Assembly: GCA_018672055.1 (NCBI GenBank)
Contig: JABHGM010000001.1
Span: 736,977 to 800,976 of the forward strand
Direction: 5' to 3'
Length of the DNA: 64,000 bases
DNA from: a bacterium
Lineage (GTDB): Bacteria; Patescibacteriota; Patescibacteriia; UBA1558; UBA10009
A program made the translations under genes and the position numbers. Position 1 is the first letter of the stretch. Every line of letters starts with the position of its first letter. The notes beneath the pieces were generated by a model, which saw only the letters and a program-made list of their open reading frames with translations, was not told the origin of the DNA and did not search any database. Shown here one piece after another: positions 16,779-28,000 of the stretch.

Positions 16779-17866
16779 GCTTCTACTTGTAAATTTAATA
16801 ATTCATCTTCTGTTGGTAACTTACTTATCACACTCAAACTGTTAGAAGATATAGTTTGTTCAAGTTCTTTATCCTCTATTATTCTCTCCATAGCTTTAAT
16901 TAGTTCTTCTTCATTATTTGGCTTAATAATTAAACCATTTTCTTCGTTTTTAACGATTTCTCCGGCTAAACCAACATCAGTCATAATAATAGGCAAACCA
17001 GCTGCTAAAGCCTCAATAACGGTTAAATTATAGCCCTCAGAGTAAGATGTAACCACATAAAGGTTAGCTGAATTATAATATGGGGCTAAATCTGTCTGCC
17101 AGCCCTCAAAATATACTTTATCCTCTATTTTTAAATCAGTTACTAATTGTTTTAATTTATTTTCTTGGCTACCAGTGCCTACCATAACTAAAGCTGAATT
17201 AGAATTATTTAACTTTTTAAATGAGTTAATTAATAATTCATAATTCTTTTCAGCTTCAAATCTACCTACTGTTAGAATAATATATTTATTATTAAACTTA
17301 TCTCTTAAATGGTTTTCGTTCGGCTTATTAAATTCATCTAAATCTACATATATGGGAGCAATGGTTATTCTCTTATAATCTATTTTAAACTTTTTTAAGC
17401 TAGTAGCTATTCTTTTACTTACCACTCTTATGGAACCGGCACTAGGTAGAGTTTTTTTAGCAAGTCTCATTCTTATTTTATTCTTTAAGCTTTTTTCTAA
17501 CCAATAATTTGTAGAAAAGAAATCGCCATGTATTTGAATATTTAAACCTATTTTAAATTTCTTTTTAAGCTTTAAACCTACCCAAGCTGTTTCAAAAGGA
17601 TCTTGTGTAGTTACTAAGTCATACTTATTTAATTTATAAAGTTTTTTTGAAAGCTTTAAAGCATGAGATGGATAAAATAATTTATTATTTGTCTTAGTTG
17701 AATGTACGAAAATATTATCTGCTAGTTTTAAATTATTTACTTTCTGTTTACTATACACAACTATATCTAAACGTTCTACTAAACCTGCATATTTTTTAAT
17801 ACGCTTTGCTACTCTAGAATCTAAATTTAAAATAGCTTCATCTAAGCTAAGCATTAATACTTTCAT
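16760..17866 (-). CDS. Glycosyltransferase family 4
   Basis: VGRFEAEKN and EGYNLTVIEALAAGLP motifs. Confidence 0.9.
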   Translation of the reverse strand: MKVLMLSLDEAILNLDSRVAKRIKKYAGLVERLDIVVYSKQKVNNLKLADNIFVHSTKTNNKLFYPSHALKLSKKLYKLNKYDLVTTQDPFETAWVGLKLKKKFKIGLNIQIHGDFFSTNYWLEKSLKNKIRMRLAKKTLPSAGSIRVVSKRIATSLKKFKIDYKRITIAPIYVDLDEFNKPNENHLRDKFNNKYIILTVGRFEAEKNYELLINSFKKLNNSNSALVMVGTGSQENKLKQLVTDLKIEDKVYFEGWQTDLAPYYNSANLYVVTSYSEGYNLTVIEALAAGLPIIMTDVGLAGEIVKNEENGLIIKPNNEEELIKAMERIIEDKELEQTISSNSLSVISKLPTEDELLNLQVEAWQKAI

Positions 17867-18996
17867 ATATTTTTTAATATTTTATTTGTTTCTTCTACCA
17901 TATTATTAAAAGTAAACTTATTTAATACTTCTTTACCTTTTTCTATAAACTCAGCTTGTTTACTAGGATCACTTAAAAGAGAATCTATTTTTGTAAATAT
18001 CTCTTCTTTATTATTATATTCTACTAAGTAACCATTTATATTATCTTCTATTACCTCTGGGTTACCACCCATACGACTAGCAATAATTGGAACACTAGAA
18101 GCTAGAGCTTCAAGTAAAACATGAGGCAGACCTTCGTATCCACTATTTAAAAGAAATATAGAAGCTTGGGCATAATAATCTCCTACTTTGTCGTGATCTA
18201 CTTGTCCGACTAATTTAACAGAGTTCTCTAAATTTAATTTATTTATTAAATTATTTAAATTATTTTTTAGAGGACCGTCGCCAACTATGTTAAATAATAT
18301 ATCAGGATACTTATCTTTTAACTTAGGTATTACTTCTATAATAGCTTCTAAGCCTTTCCAGTTAGTTAAACGCCCTACATAGAGTAAATTGTTTTTTTCT
18401 TTTTCTAAATTATTAGTATTTAAAGATTCAAATGAATTATATACTACTTGTATACTATTATCTGGTACTTCCCATTTAGAAATAATAGATTTAAGGTATT
18501 TACTGGGTGTTATTATTGTATTTACGTTTTTTGCTATATAGTGCTCTATATATTTTAATACTTCTATATTAAATGAATACTTTTTATCTTGAAAATCATC
18601 TAATAGCTCTGGTATATCATATTCATTCTTTGCTCGTTCCCAAGCAACGTCACCGACTACTTTAACTACTACTTTAATATTTAAAAACCATTTAACTAAA
18701 ATAGCTGGTATGCCTGAGGCGAATAATCCTTGAGCGTAAATTAAATCAGCTTTTTTTGCTAAATGGTGTAGTTGTCTAAAATAATTAAAGTATTTAAATA
18801 ATATATTAGTTTGTCTTGGTATTTTAAATACCTTATAACCATCAATATTTTCTAAAGTACTTTCCTCTACATCAGCATAAGTTACAACTTGTACTTCATT
18901 GCCTAATTTTAAAAGCTCTGGAACAATACGTGTTACATAGGTTGCTGGACCACCTGGATCTGGTGGAAATATTTCTGAAGCAATTATTATTCTCAT
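17863..18996 (-). CDS. Glycosyltransferase family 4
   Basis: FPPDPGGPAT, VGRLTNWKG and EGLPHVLLEA motifs. Confidence 0.9.
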   Translation of the reverse strand: MRIIIASEIFPPDPGGPATYVTRIVPELLKLGNEVQVVTYADVEESTLENIDGYKVFKIPRQTNILFKYFNYFRQLHHLAKKADLIYAQGLFASGIPAILVKWFLNIKVVVKVVGDVAWERAKNEYDIPELLDDFQDKKYSFNIEVLKYIEHYIAKNVNTIITPSKYLKSIISKWEVPDNSIQVVYNSFESLNTNNLEKEKNNLLYVGRLTNWKGLEAIIEVIPKLKDKYPDILFNIVGDGPLKNNLNNLINKLNLENSVKLVGQVDHDKVGDYYAQASIFLLNSGYEGLPHVLLEALASSVPIIASRMGGNPEVIEDNINGYLVEYNNKEEIFTKIDSLLSDPSKQAEFIEKGKEVLNKFTFNNMVEETNKILKNI

Positions 18997-20732
18997 AATG
19001 ATAAATATTTTTTACCTAGTTTCTTAGCTTCTTCTTTATTATAGAATCTTTTAACATCAAATAGGATTGGTTTTTCATTCATAAAAGATTTTAATTTTTC
19101 TAAGGTTAGCTCCTTAAATTCTTTATGTGGAGAAAATACTATAATAGCATCTAAATTATTTAATTCATCTATTGTATTATTCTTTTGTCCAAAGAAACTA
19201 CTAATAAATTCTGGGTTAGCTATTGGATCATGAATTAATACTTCTACATTATTTCTTTTTAATTCAACTAATAATTCTTTAGCCTTACTATTTCTTAAAT
19301 CAGGTACATCTTCTTTAAAGGTTAAACCTAGTATTAATACTCTAGACTTACTTAATTCTTTACCAGCTTCTTTTAAGCTTTCCATTACTTGGTTAGCAAC
19401 ATATGTAGGCATGTAATCATTTACTTCTCTACCCATTAAGATGAACTTTGGATTTAAACCAGATTCTATTGATCTATTTGTTAAATAATATGGATCTACG
19501 CTAATACAATGCCCACCAACTAGTCCCGGTGAATATTTAACAAAGTTCCATTTAGTATCTGCTGCTTCAATTACTTCTTTAGTATCAATATCTAATTTAT
19601 TAAAAATCATAGATATTTCATTCATTAAAGCAATATTTGAATCTCTTTGTACATTCTCTAATATTTTAGTAGCTTCTGCTGCTTTAATAGAAGAAACTGG
19701 ATGAACCCCTGCAGTTATTACTGAACTATACATCTTGGAAATAGTATCTAGAGCTTCTTTATTAGAAGCACTAACTACTTTTATTATTTTATCTAAAGGA
19801 TGTTCAAAGTCACCTGGATTAATACGTTCTGGTGAGTAACCGACTGAAAAATCTTGATTAAACTTAAGACCTGATTCATTTTCTAAAATTGGAATACATA
19901 TTTCTTCTGTACAACCTGGGTAAACAGTACTTTCGTATGTAACAATAGAACCTTTTCTTAAATTTCTACCTACTATACGACTAGCATCTTTTAAGAAAGT
20001 AAGGTCTGGATTTTTATGCTCATCAATAGGTGTTGGTACTGCTACTATAATAATATTCGATTCTTTTATTATGTTAGGATCAAAACTATACTTAATACCA
20101 TATTGTTTTAAATCTTTTATTTCATTTGTTCTATCGTGCCCATTATTTAATTCTTCAATCTTTTTTTCATCAACATCAAAACCAGATACTTCATATTCTT
20201 TAGATAATAAACAAGCTAGTGGTAAACCAACGTAGCCTAGACCTACAATACATATTTTATTATCCATATTCTTTTTATTATGTTTAAATGTTAAATTTTT
20301 GTTACCAAGAAAATTCCATATCATATTTGCTAATGAACTAAATACACGAGCCCAGATATACCACATAGCAAAATATTCTACTAAGAAATATAGGATGGTA
20401 TTATTTATTAATAGACCAATACCAACTACTAAAAAAAATATACTTATTTGTCTTATAAATCTTGGATCTTGACTATTAAATGTCCATTTTCTATTTAAAA
20501 AGTAATTTGTTAAAGCAGCTAGAACAAAAGATATAACTCCAGAGTACAGATACCAAATACCTAAATACTCAGTTAAAGTATATAGGAAAAAGAAATCTAC
20601 TATAGTAGCTAATACACCAACTAAACAATATCTAAAAAAAATATCCCAACTTTTACAACTAATATTTACTTTAATTTTTATTGATATTTTCTCTGCTATT
20701 TGTGAAAAAAATACAATTATTTTATCTATCAT
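18993..20732 (-). CDS. GtrA-like domain fused to a nucleotide-sugar dehydrogenase (UDP-GlcNAc/GalNAc DH, TviB/WbpO-like)
   Basis: N-terminal 4-TM GtrA pattern (FFRYCLVG...NYFLNRKWTF), then GLGYVGLP, YSPERINPG and GGHCI. Confidence 0.85.
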   Translation of the reverse strand: MIDKIIVFFSQIAEKISIKIKVNISCKSWDIFFRYCLVGVLATIVDFFFLYTLTEYLGIWYLYSGVISFVLAALTNYFLNRKWTFNSQDPRFIRQISIFFLVVGIGLLINNTILYFLVEYFAMWYIWARVFSSLANMIWNFLGNKNLTFKHNKKNMDNKICIVGLGYVGLPLACLLSKEYEVSGFDVDEKKIEELNNGHDRTNEIKDLKQYGIKYSFDPNIIKESNIIIVAVPTPIDEHKNPDLTFLKDASRIVGRNLRKGSIVTYESTVYPGCTEEICIPILENESGLKFNQDFSVGYSPERINPGDFEHPLDKIIKVVSASNKEALDTISKMYSSVITAGVHPVSSIKAAEATKILENVQRDSNIALMNEISMIFNKLDIDTKEVIEAADTKWNFVKYSPGLVGGHCISVDPYYLTNRSIESGLNPKFILMGREVNDYMPTYVANQVMESLKEAGKELSKSRVLILGLTFKEDVPDLRNSKAKELLVELKRNNVEVLIHDPIANPEFISSFFGQKNNTIDELNNLDAIIVFSPHKEFKELTLEKLKSFMNEKPILFDVKRFYNKEEAKKLGKKYLSL

Positions 20733-20819
20733 GTAATTTTAGAGCTTGATTAAATTAAAAAAAAATTATACTCTGTTATTATAGTTAAAAACACCTATTT
20801 AAGTCAATATACATAAAAA

Positions 20820-21974
20820 ATGGAAAATAAGCAAAAAATAATATATTTAATTACCAAGTCTGAGTGGGGCGGAGCTCAGAAGTATATTTTTAATTTAGCA
20901 ACTAACTTAGATAAGGATAAGTATGATGTTTTAGTTTTAGCTGGTGAAGGTAATGATGAATTATTTAATAGGTTAAAAGAAAGTGAAGTAGATTATATTA
21001 AACTAGATAGTTTGAAAAGAGCAATTAGTTTAAAACAAGATTTTAAAGCTTTTAATGAGATATATAAAATTCTTAAAAAAGAAAAGCCAGATGTTATACA
21101 TTTAAATAGCTCTAAGATAAGTATTCTTGGTTCACTGGCTGCTAAAAGATATAATACATTTAGAAGAGATAAAGCAAAAGTAATCTATACTGTCCATGGT
21201 TGGGTATTTAATGAACCATTATCCCCTTTTAAACAAAGAATGTATTTCTACTTAGAAAAATGGACTAGCAGATTTAAAGATATAATAATATGTGTTTCTG
21301 AGCTTGATAAACAAATAGCTACGGCTGCTAATATAGCTTTAGAGGATAAGTTAGTTACTATCCATAATGGAATTGATTTAAAGAATTTAAAATTCTTAAA
21401 TACGAAGCTTGCTAAACAAATATTACTTCAGAATATAAAACGTGATGGTAAGTTTACTATAATCGGAACTATTGCAAATTTATATAAAACAAAAGGATTA
21501 AATAGTTTAATTCAAGCTGCCGGAACTCTTGTAAAGCATAATAATAATCTATTATTTATAGTAATTGGTGAAGGCCCTGAAAGAAAAAACTTAGAAAATT
21601 TAATTAAAGAATATAATCTAGAAAAGAATTTCTATTTAACTGGTAATATAGATAAAGCATATACACTACTAAAAGGTTTTGATATATTTGTACTACCTTC
21701 AGTTAAAGAAGGTTGGCCATACACTATTTTAGAAGCCCTAGCTGCTGAAGTACCAATTATTGCTACTAAGGTAGGTGGTATACCTGAGATTATAAATGAT
21801 TTAAGTAATGGTATTTTAATTAAACCAGGAAGTTATAAAAATATAGCATATGCTATAGCTGAGATAATTGATAATCCTGTTTTAAAAAAAGATTTTAAGA
21901 AAAACTCTCTACTCTCAGTTTCAAAATATAATTTAGAAGACTTTTTACAACAAACATATAATATATATAAATAG
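20820..21974 (+). CDS. Glycosyltransferase family 4
   Basis: WGGAQKY, YTVHG and PSVKEGWPYTILEA motifs. Confidence 0.9.
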   Translation: MENKQKIIYLITKSEWGGAQKYIFNLATNLDKDKYDVLVLAGEGNDELFNRLKESEVDYIKLDSLKRAISLKQDFKAFNEIYKILKKEKPDVIHLNSSKISILGSLAAKRYNTFRRDKAKVIYTVHGWVFNEPLSPFKQRMYFYLEKWTSRFKDIIICVSELDKQIATAANIALEDKLVTIHNGIDLKNLKFLNTKLAKQILLQNIKRDGKFTIIGTIANLYKTKGLNSLIQAAGTLVKHNNNLLFIVIGEGPERKNLENLIKEYNLEKNFYLTGNIDKAYTLLKGFDIFVLPSVKEGWPYTILEALAAEVPIIATKVGGIPEIINDLSNGILIKPGSYKNIAYAIAEIIDNPVLKKDFKKNSLLSVSKYNLEDFLQQTYNIYK

Positions 21975-21980
21975 GTAAAC

Positions 21981-22013
21981 AAAAAACTCAAGTTATTAAA
22001 CTTGAGTTTTTTT
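21981..22013. terminator. Bidirectional terminator
   Basis: AAAAAACTCAAGTT...AACTTGAGTTTTTTT between convergent genes. Confidence 0.85.
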
Positions 22014-22020
22014 ATATATT

Positions 22021-22710
22021 CTATTGTCCTAATAATCCTCTAACCTCTTCTATTTCTAAATTAACTAGATCTTTCATTTCTTGTTCTGGTGCATGCTCTA
22101 CAAATAACTGTAAATATTCTAAAGCCTTTTCATTATTAGCCATTTCTCTTAAATATGAAGAGTAGAAATAAATTAATTGATAATCATTATTTGTTTTTAC
22201 AATACCTTCTTCAAATATATCCATTACCCTCTGAGTATTATTATAGTCTTGTGCTTTATATACTTTAGCTAAATTAAAATATACTAAGTAGTATGTATCA
22301 CTTAAAGATCTGGCTACTTCAAAAGATGCAATGGTTTCGTCATACATAGCTAATCTATAATAGACATTACCTATATTTAACCAAGGTGTACTATTGGTTG
22401 GAATTAATTCGGATGCTTGTTTAAAATATTCTATAGCTTGTGTAGCATTACCTAATTCTCTTTCAATATTTCCTAAATCTAAATATGAGGTATAGTTACC
22501 TGGAAATAATTCTAAATCACTTAAATTCTTATCTCTTCTGTCCTCAAAATCTTTTCTAGCTTCTTCAGACATATTAACTTCTAGGAATAAGCCTTGTTCT
22601 GTATTATTAACGATATCAAAATTATTTTTAGTAAAATAAAATACTGCTAATACTATAATAATTAGTATTACTATAATATAAAATAATTTATTATTGATCT
22701 TGTTCATCAT
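22021..22710 (-). CDS. Membrane-anchored TPR protein
   Basis: N-terminal transmembrane segment and TPR motifs (YLDLGNIERELGNATQAIEYFKQA). Confidence 0.8.
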   Translation of the reverse strand: MMNKINNKLFYIIVILIIIVLAVFYFTKNNFDIVNNTEQGLFLEVNMSEEARKDFEDRRDKNLSDLELFPGNYTSYLDLGNIERELGNATQAIEYFKQASELIPTNSTPWLNIGNVYYRLAMYDETIASFEVARSLSDTYYLVYFNLAKVYKAQDYNNTQRVMDIFEEGIVKTNNDYQLIYFYSSYLREMANNEKALEYLQLFVEHAPEQEMKDLVNLEIEEVRGLLGQ

Positions 22711-24961
22711 ATTGATTTTTTATTAATTGTTCTATTTCTTTATATGACTGTAAAGCATTGTAACTATAGCCTGGGTTAATTTTAGATGCTTGTTTTAAAA
22801 TTACTAAAGCTTCTTCATATTGTAAATCCATAACATATAAGCCAACTAAATTATTCCAATGATTTAAATCGGTTGGATCAATCTCAGTTAAAATCGTAAC
22901 TACATTAATTAATTGTTCAACATCTTGTCTTTCATCAAAATAATTTAATAGTTCAAATATATCATTATTTGAAAACGGATAATTATGTTCCATCATTTTT
23001 TTATACATCTCTCCTTGACCATCTACATTACCTTGAGCCTTATAAATAATTGATTTATAGTAATAATTTTGAGCTGTTCCCTCATTAATATTTATAGCTA
23101 TATCTATATTCTCTATAGCTAAATCATATTGCTCATTTAAAAGATACATTTGTGCAATTACCCAATATGGTCTAATTCTATTAGCAGCATATTCTTTAGA
23201 TTCAACAGCAAAGTAAAGGCCCTTGTCAAAATATTCCATATCACCTGTTAATTCAAAAAGATGAGAATAATTTTTAGACTGAATATAATAAAGATACATA
23301 TTAGATGAATCTAAATCTAAAGCTCTATCCATTAAACTAGCAGCTATTTTAAAATTACTAATCTTTGTTTCTGGAGATGCAAAAAAGTTTTGATTATAAA
23401 ATGATTCATCTAAAGCACTAGAAAATAAATGAGCTGGATCTATCTTATTAACTGCTACATCTGCTGCTTGCTTATAATGTTCAACCATTGTTTCGTAATC
23501 AACTCTACCCTTGTCTCTAAATGTTTCAAATATTGAATTATTTGCTTTAACTTCTACTAAATTAATACTAAAGAATAACCAAGTAAAACTAATTATAACT
23601 AAAGGTATTGTTAAAATAGGTCTGGCTAATACCTTAGACTCATTTAAAGACTCATTATTATCTTGAATATACAAACTATAAACAAAGGCAAGTAGTAAAT
23701 AGAATAAGATTAAACTATTTAAAGAATCAAAGACAAATAAATTTTGAATAAAGTATGTTATAAATAATAAGCTAAGTATAATAAATGAAGAATCTGAAAG
23801 TAATTTCCTTTTAAGTAAATTAATTAAATAATAAAATAATGCAATAAAAATTGATAGATAACTAAGCAAACCAAATATACCCATCATTACACCAATGTCA
23901 ATTACTGTATTATGTGATCTATCAAACCAAACTTCATCACCAGTATAATCATAAAATTCAGGATTAATATATTCATTAAAAACATTTTGAAAATTTTCAG
24001 AGCCAACACCTAATAATAAATTATCTTTAAAGCCTTCATAACCTGCTTGCCAAGAAAGAAGTCTAGTTTGTACTGTATTATCTTCTAAAGAATAATTAGT
24101 AAGTCTATTTAAAAAATAATTATCTTTTATAAATGAATTGCTTCTTAAAGCAAATAATGATGAGCCTAGTAGAACTAATATACTTACACCTATTAACATG
24201 TACTTAATTCCTTTATTATTTCTCCATAACTTTAAAACTAAACTAAATATAATGAAAATAATAAGAGAAATAAATAAAGCTAGCTGAGCACCACGAGTAG
24301 CTGCTAAAAATATATTAATTAAAACTAAAACAAATGAAATAATATAAAATATTTTGTATTTAATATCTTTTACTTTAAATAAGTATAATAAAGATATAAA
24401 TAAGTGAAATATTAAATAACTAGATAATAAAGAAGCATTACCAATAGTACTTTTAACTCTGTCTATACCTGCTTCAAATACAAAATTTAAACCTAACATC
24501 TGGGCTATACCATATAAACAAATAACTATAGATGTTACTAATGAAAAATCTAATATCCTCTTCCAAGCTATTTGGGTTTTAAATACTGATATTAAAATTA
24601 AAAACCAAACAAAATAATGGAGATAATTAAATGTACCCATCATTCTTTCCCAATTACCCCACCAACTTCTAGCAATGCTATCTCCAGTAAAAGTAGTTAC
24701 TAACATAACAACAAAGAAAGCTATTAAACTCCATAATAAGAATGATTTTTTAGGTAAATATTTTCTATTAAATAATACTAATACTAAATAAATACCAAAC
24801 AGTAATTCAATAACTATCCTTAAGAGGATAGTCTTTTGAATAACGTATGGAAAATATGATTGAGGTATAAAAATTGCAGGTATAAAAACAATAAAATAAC
24901 TACCCCAAATAAGTAATTTTTTAAGTATATTTTCTAGTTTTAAGCTATTATTTTCTAGCAT
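22691..24961 (-). CDS. O-antigen ligase (Wzy_C) family protein with C-terminal TPRs
   Basis: Multi-TM; STIGNA, TRGA, RLLSW, LLGVG and DRSHN motifs; start moved to the ATG at 24961. Confidence 0.85.
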   Translation of the reverse strand: MLENNSLKLENILKKLLIWGSYFIVFIPAIFIPQSYFPYVIQKTILLRIVIELLFGIYLVLVLFNRKYLPKKSFLLWSLIAFFVVMLVTTFTGDSIARSWWGNWERMMGTFNYLHYFVWFLILISVFKTQIAWKRILDFSLVTSIVICLYGIAQMLGLNFVFEAGIDRVKSTIGNASLLSSYLIFHLFISLLYLFKVKDIKYKIFYIISFVLVLINIFLAATRGAQLALFISLIIFIIFSLVLKLWRNNKGIKYMLIGVSILVLLGSSLFALRSNSFIKDNYFLNRLTNYSLEDNTVQTRLLSWQAGYEGFKDNLLLGVGSENFQNVFNEYINPEFYDYTGDEVWFDRSHNTVIDIGVMMGIFGLLSYLSIFIALFYYLINLLKRKLLSDSSFIILSLLFITYFIQNLFVFDSLNSLILFYLLLAFVYSLYIQDNNESLNESKVLARPILTIPLVIISFTWLFFSINLVEVKANNSIFETFRDKGRVDYETMVEHYKQAADVAVNKIDPAHLFSSALDESFYNQNFFASPETKISNFKIAASLMDRALDLDSSNMYLYYIQSKNYSHLFELTGDMEYFDKGLYFAVESKEYAANRIRPYWVIAQMYLLNEQYDLAIENIDIAININEGTAQNYYYKSIIYKAQGNVDGQGEMYKKMMEHNYPFSNNDIFELLNYFDERQDVEQLINVVTILTEIDPTDLNHWNNLVGLYVMDLQYEEALVILKQASKINPGYSYNALQSYKEIEQLIKNQYDEQDQ

Positions 24962-25010
24962 AAGTATTAATATAAGATACACTATTATTATATATTATTC
25001 AAGCAACTCA

Positions 25011-25038
25011 AAACCCCCTGCCAAAAGGCAGGGGGTTT
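25011..25038 (-). terminator. Strong terminator after the S-layer-like gene
   Basis: AAACCCCCTGCC-AAAA-GGCAGGGGGTTT. Confidence 0.9.
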
Positions 25039-25075
25039 ATTATTTCAACAGTATCTTGTAATTAAGTAATAGCTA

Positions 25076-28000
25076 TTAGTTAAGTACTCTAGTAACGTCT
25101 AAAGTCTTAATCTTATAACCATTGTACCAATCAGCTGAACTTGAATCATCAGCAGTAATATCGGCATGGGTATTATTACCATTAGTACCGGTATTATCTG
25201 ACCAAATCATATAAGCTGCAGCATCAGTAGTACCACTAGCATCATCAGTTAAACAGAATTTGCCAGGTACACCACTAACACCAGTTGCATCACAATGAGC
25301 TGTGATGTAATTATAGGCTGTGGTTGAAGAATCACCATCATTCAAGTACATACTAATAGAGTCACTACTGGAAGCTCCAGTATTAACATTACCAGCTGTT
25401 GCTTTTAAGATGAAATACTTACTAGAACCAGCACTGATTAATCTATCATCATTAAAGACAACGATTACATCATGAGAAGTTGAAGAAGTATTACCAGCAT
25501 AGTTTTGATAAACAACACCAGTTGAAGCACTTAATTTACCACCTGTACCAGTACCATTAGCAGTTGTAGTTGTTACACCATAACCGTTATAGACTTGGTA
25601 ACCATCAGTTGCAGTATCACTTTGTGTTAAGACAGTAGCAGCACTATAACTTGAACCTTCATAAACTTGGAAGTTTGTAAGACTCAAGGTAGATGTAGTT
25701 TGAACTGAATCAGTAAGACTTAACTTAAATGATAATTTCTTCAAGCTTAATGCAGTACCACCTTCAGGAGCGCTAACTTGGAATCTGTATAATTCGGCAG
25801 GACCATTAATTAAACTTGCATTTGTAGTATTATCAGCAGTAAATGTTGGTACTGTACCCATTACAGTCATAACGCTACCAGCTCTATCAGTTGTATCAGA
25901 TGGAGCAGTTAGGCTAGTACTTCCAGAATCAGCACTCTTAGCTTCAAAGTTAGCATCACTATCAAAGTTAGCATAAATTTCATCACCAGAATAAGTAGCA
26001 TTAGTTTGATTGATAGCAGGAATATTGAAGTATACATTCATTATTCTATATGTATTAGCTGGGATATAGAATGGATTTGTTGTGATATTGAAGTCAGCGT
26101 TACCACTAATTTCAACATTATTTGCAGTTATAGTTTCACCAGCTTCATTCATGTAACCAATAGTAACTGAATCTACAGCTCTATTACCATCAGCTTGTAA
26201 CTGTTGGATTCTAACCTTATTAAGGTTGAATGCTTCGTTAACAGCTTGAAACTTAAGGTTAAGCATAGGTACATCAGAAGTACCAGCAACTACATTAGCA
26301 ATTGAAGGGTTACTTTCGGTAGTAACATTCAAAGTACCTGCATCAGAAATAAGAACGTAATAAGAACTGGCTACTAATGTAGCAGAACCATTACCATCAG
26401 CAATAGCCCAAGCAGTACCATCATTATCAGTTAAAGTAACATCTGTACCTGTGTCATCATTAATTGATACACCGGCAGCAGTAGCTACATTAATCTTTAC
26501 AGTCTTATTAACTGAACATCCATTTGTATAAGCAGTATTAACTGTATCACCAACAACTCTCATGACATGAGTCTCACCACCTGGAATAGTCCAATTAACA
26601 TTGGAGAAGGTTGCTGCACCTGTAGCAGATGCAAAACTTTCGATGGTTGAATTTAGATTATTAGTCATGTCTGGATCAGCAGTAATATCATACAATGCTA
26701 GAGATGAAATTAGGTTGTTAACAGTTGTATAAACAGCTGCACCACAATCTTGACGTCTTACGACAACATTAGTGGTGTCAGTACCAACATAACCATATAA
26801 AGTTAAGCCAGTTATTGTCATATCTGAACCTGAACCTGCGTTGAAAGCAAATTCACCTAAATTAACATCTTCTGTACCTTGAACTACTGTAACACCAGCA
26901 GCATTACTAGCTAGGGCAATACCTAGAGAAGCAGCTGCTACTGTCATATCATTACCTGTAGTATGAGTAGTAGGGACAATATCAGTAATCCATTGGTTAT
27001 TATCAGTATTCTTAATACCATCAGTTGTATTAATGGTATAAGTACTTCCTGTACTACCTAAAGTAGCATAGTAATTACCGGTTGTACTTAAACTTACGTT
27101 TAAGTCAGCAACTACTTTGAAAGTTCTGGTTTGACCAGCATCAAAATTAAAGTAATCAGTATAGTCATAATAAATACCAGCATCTGATCCACTAATTTCA
27201 GTGAAAGTACCACAATCAACACCTGATGTTGAATCACCATTATCTACGTCAACGATCTTAACGTTAGAAATATAATTACTAGAAGTATCACAAGCAGTAT
27301 CATCATCATCAGTATCTAAGTCAGTAGAATCATTATGTAATTCAAGTCTTAACTTACGTAATTCAGCATTAACACCAGAAGTAATTGAAAAGTTTAATAA
27401 TTCTACTTCTGTACCACCTCTAGCAACAGTTGATGATTGAGGTCCATTTTTAGCAACAGTAATTTGACCACCTTGAACAGTTAAGGTTGTTGTATCAGCA
27501 TCACCACTAACACCATCATAATCACCTGAAGTTACACCAGCACCATAACCATAGAATGAACCTACAGCTAATAGATCGGATGTATTTTCTAAGTAGATCT
27601 TAGTAGTATCACCGTTTCTAGAATCACCACTTATATCACCATAAATCTTAAAAATACGATTTGTATTTTTTTCTAAGATAAATGGACTATCACTTAAATC
27701 AAACACAACTAAACTGTTACTTGTAATACCACTAACAGTACCAAGCAAATCTGCGCCTTGATAAAGCTCTAAATCAGTAATATAAGTACTATTAATACTA
27801 CCAGCTTGATATAGAGTAATTCTACTAATTTCAAGATTTTCAGCAGAACCAGCAGTTAACTTGAATTGAGCAATTTGTGCATTTTGTTGAGCTACAGTTG
27901 GGTTTGCAAGAGTACCATTTTTTGCAATGGTAATTGTACCTGCAACACTTGAACCCAATGTTAATGTGTTACTAACTAATGGAAATGAACCATTAATAGC

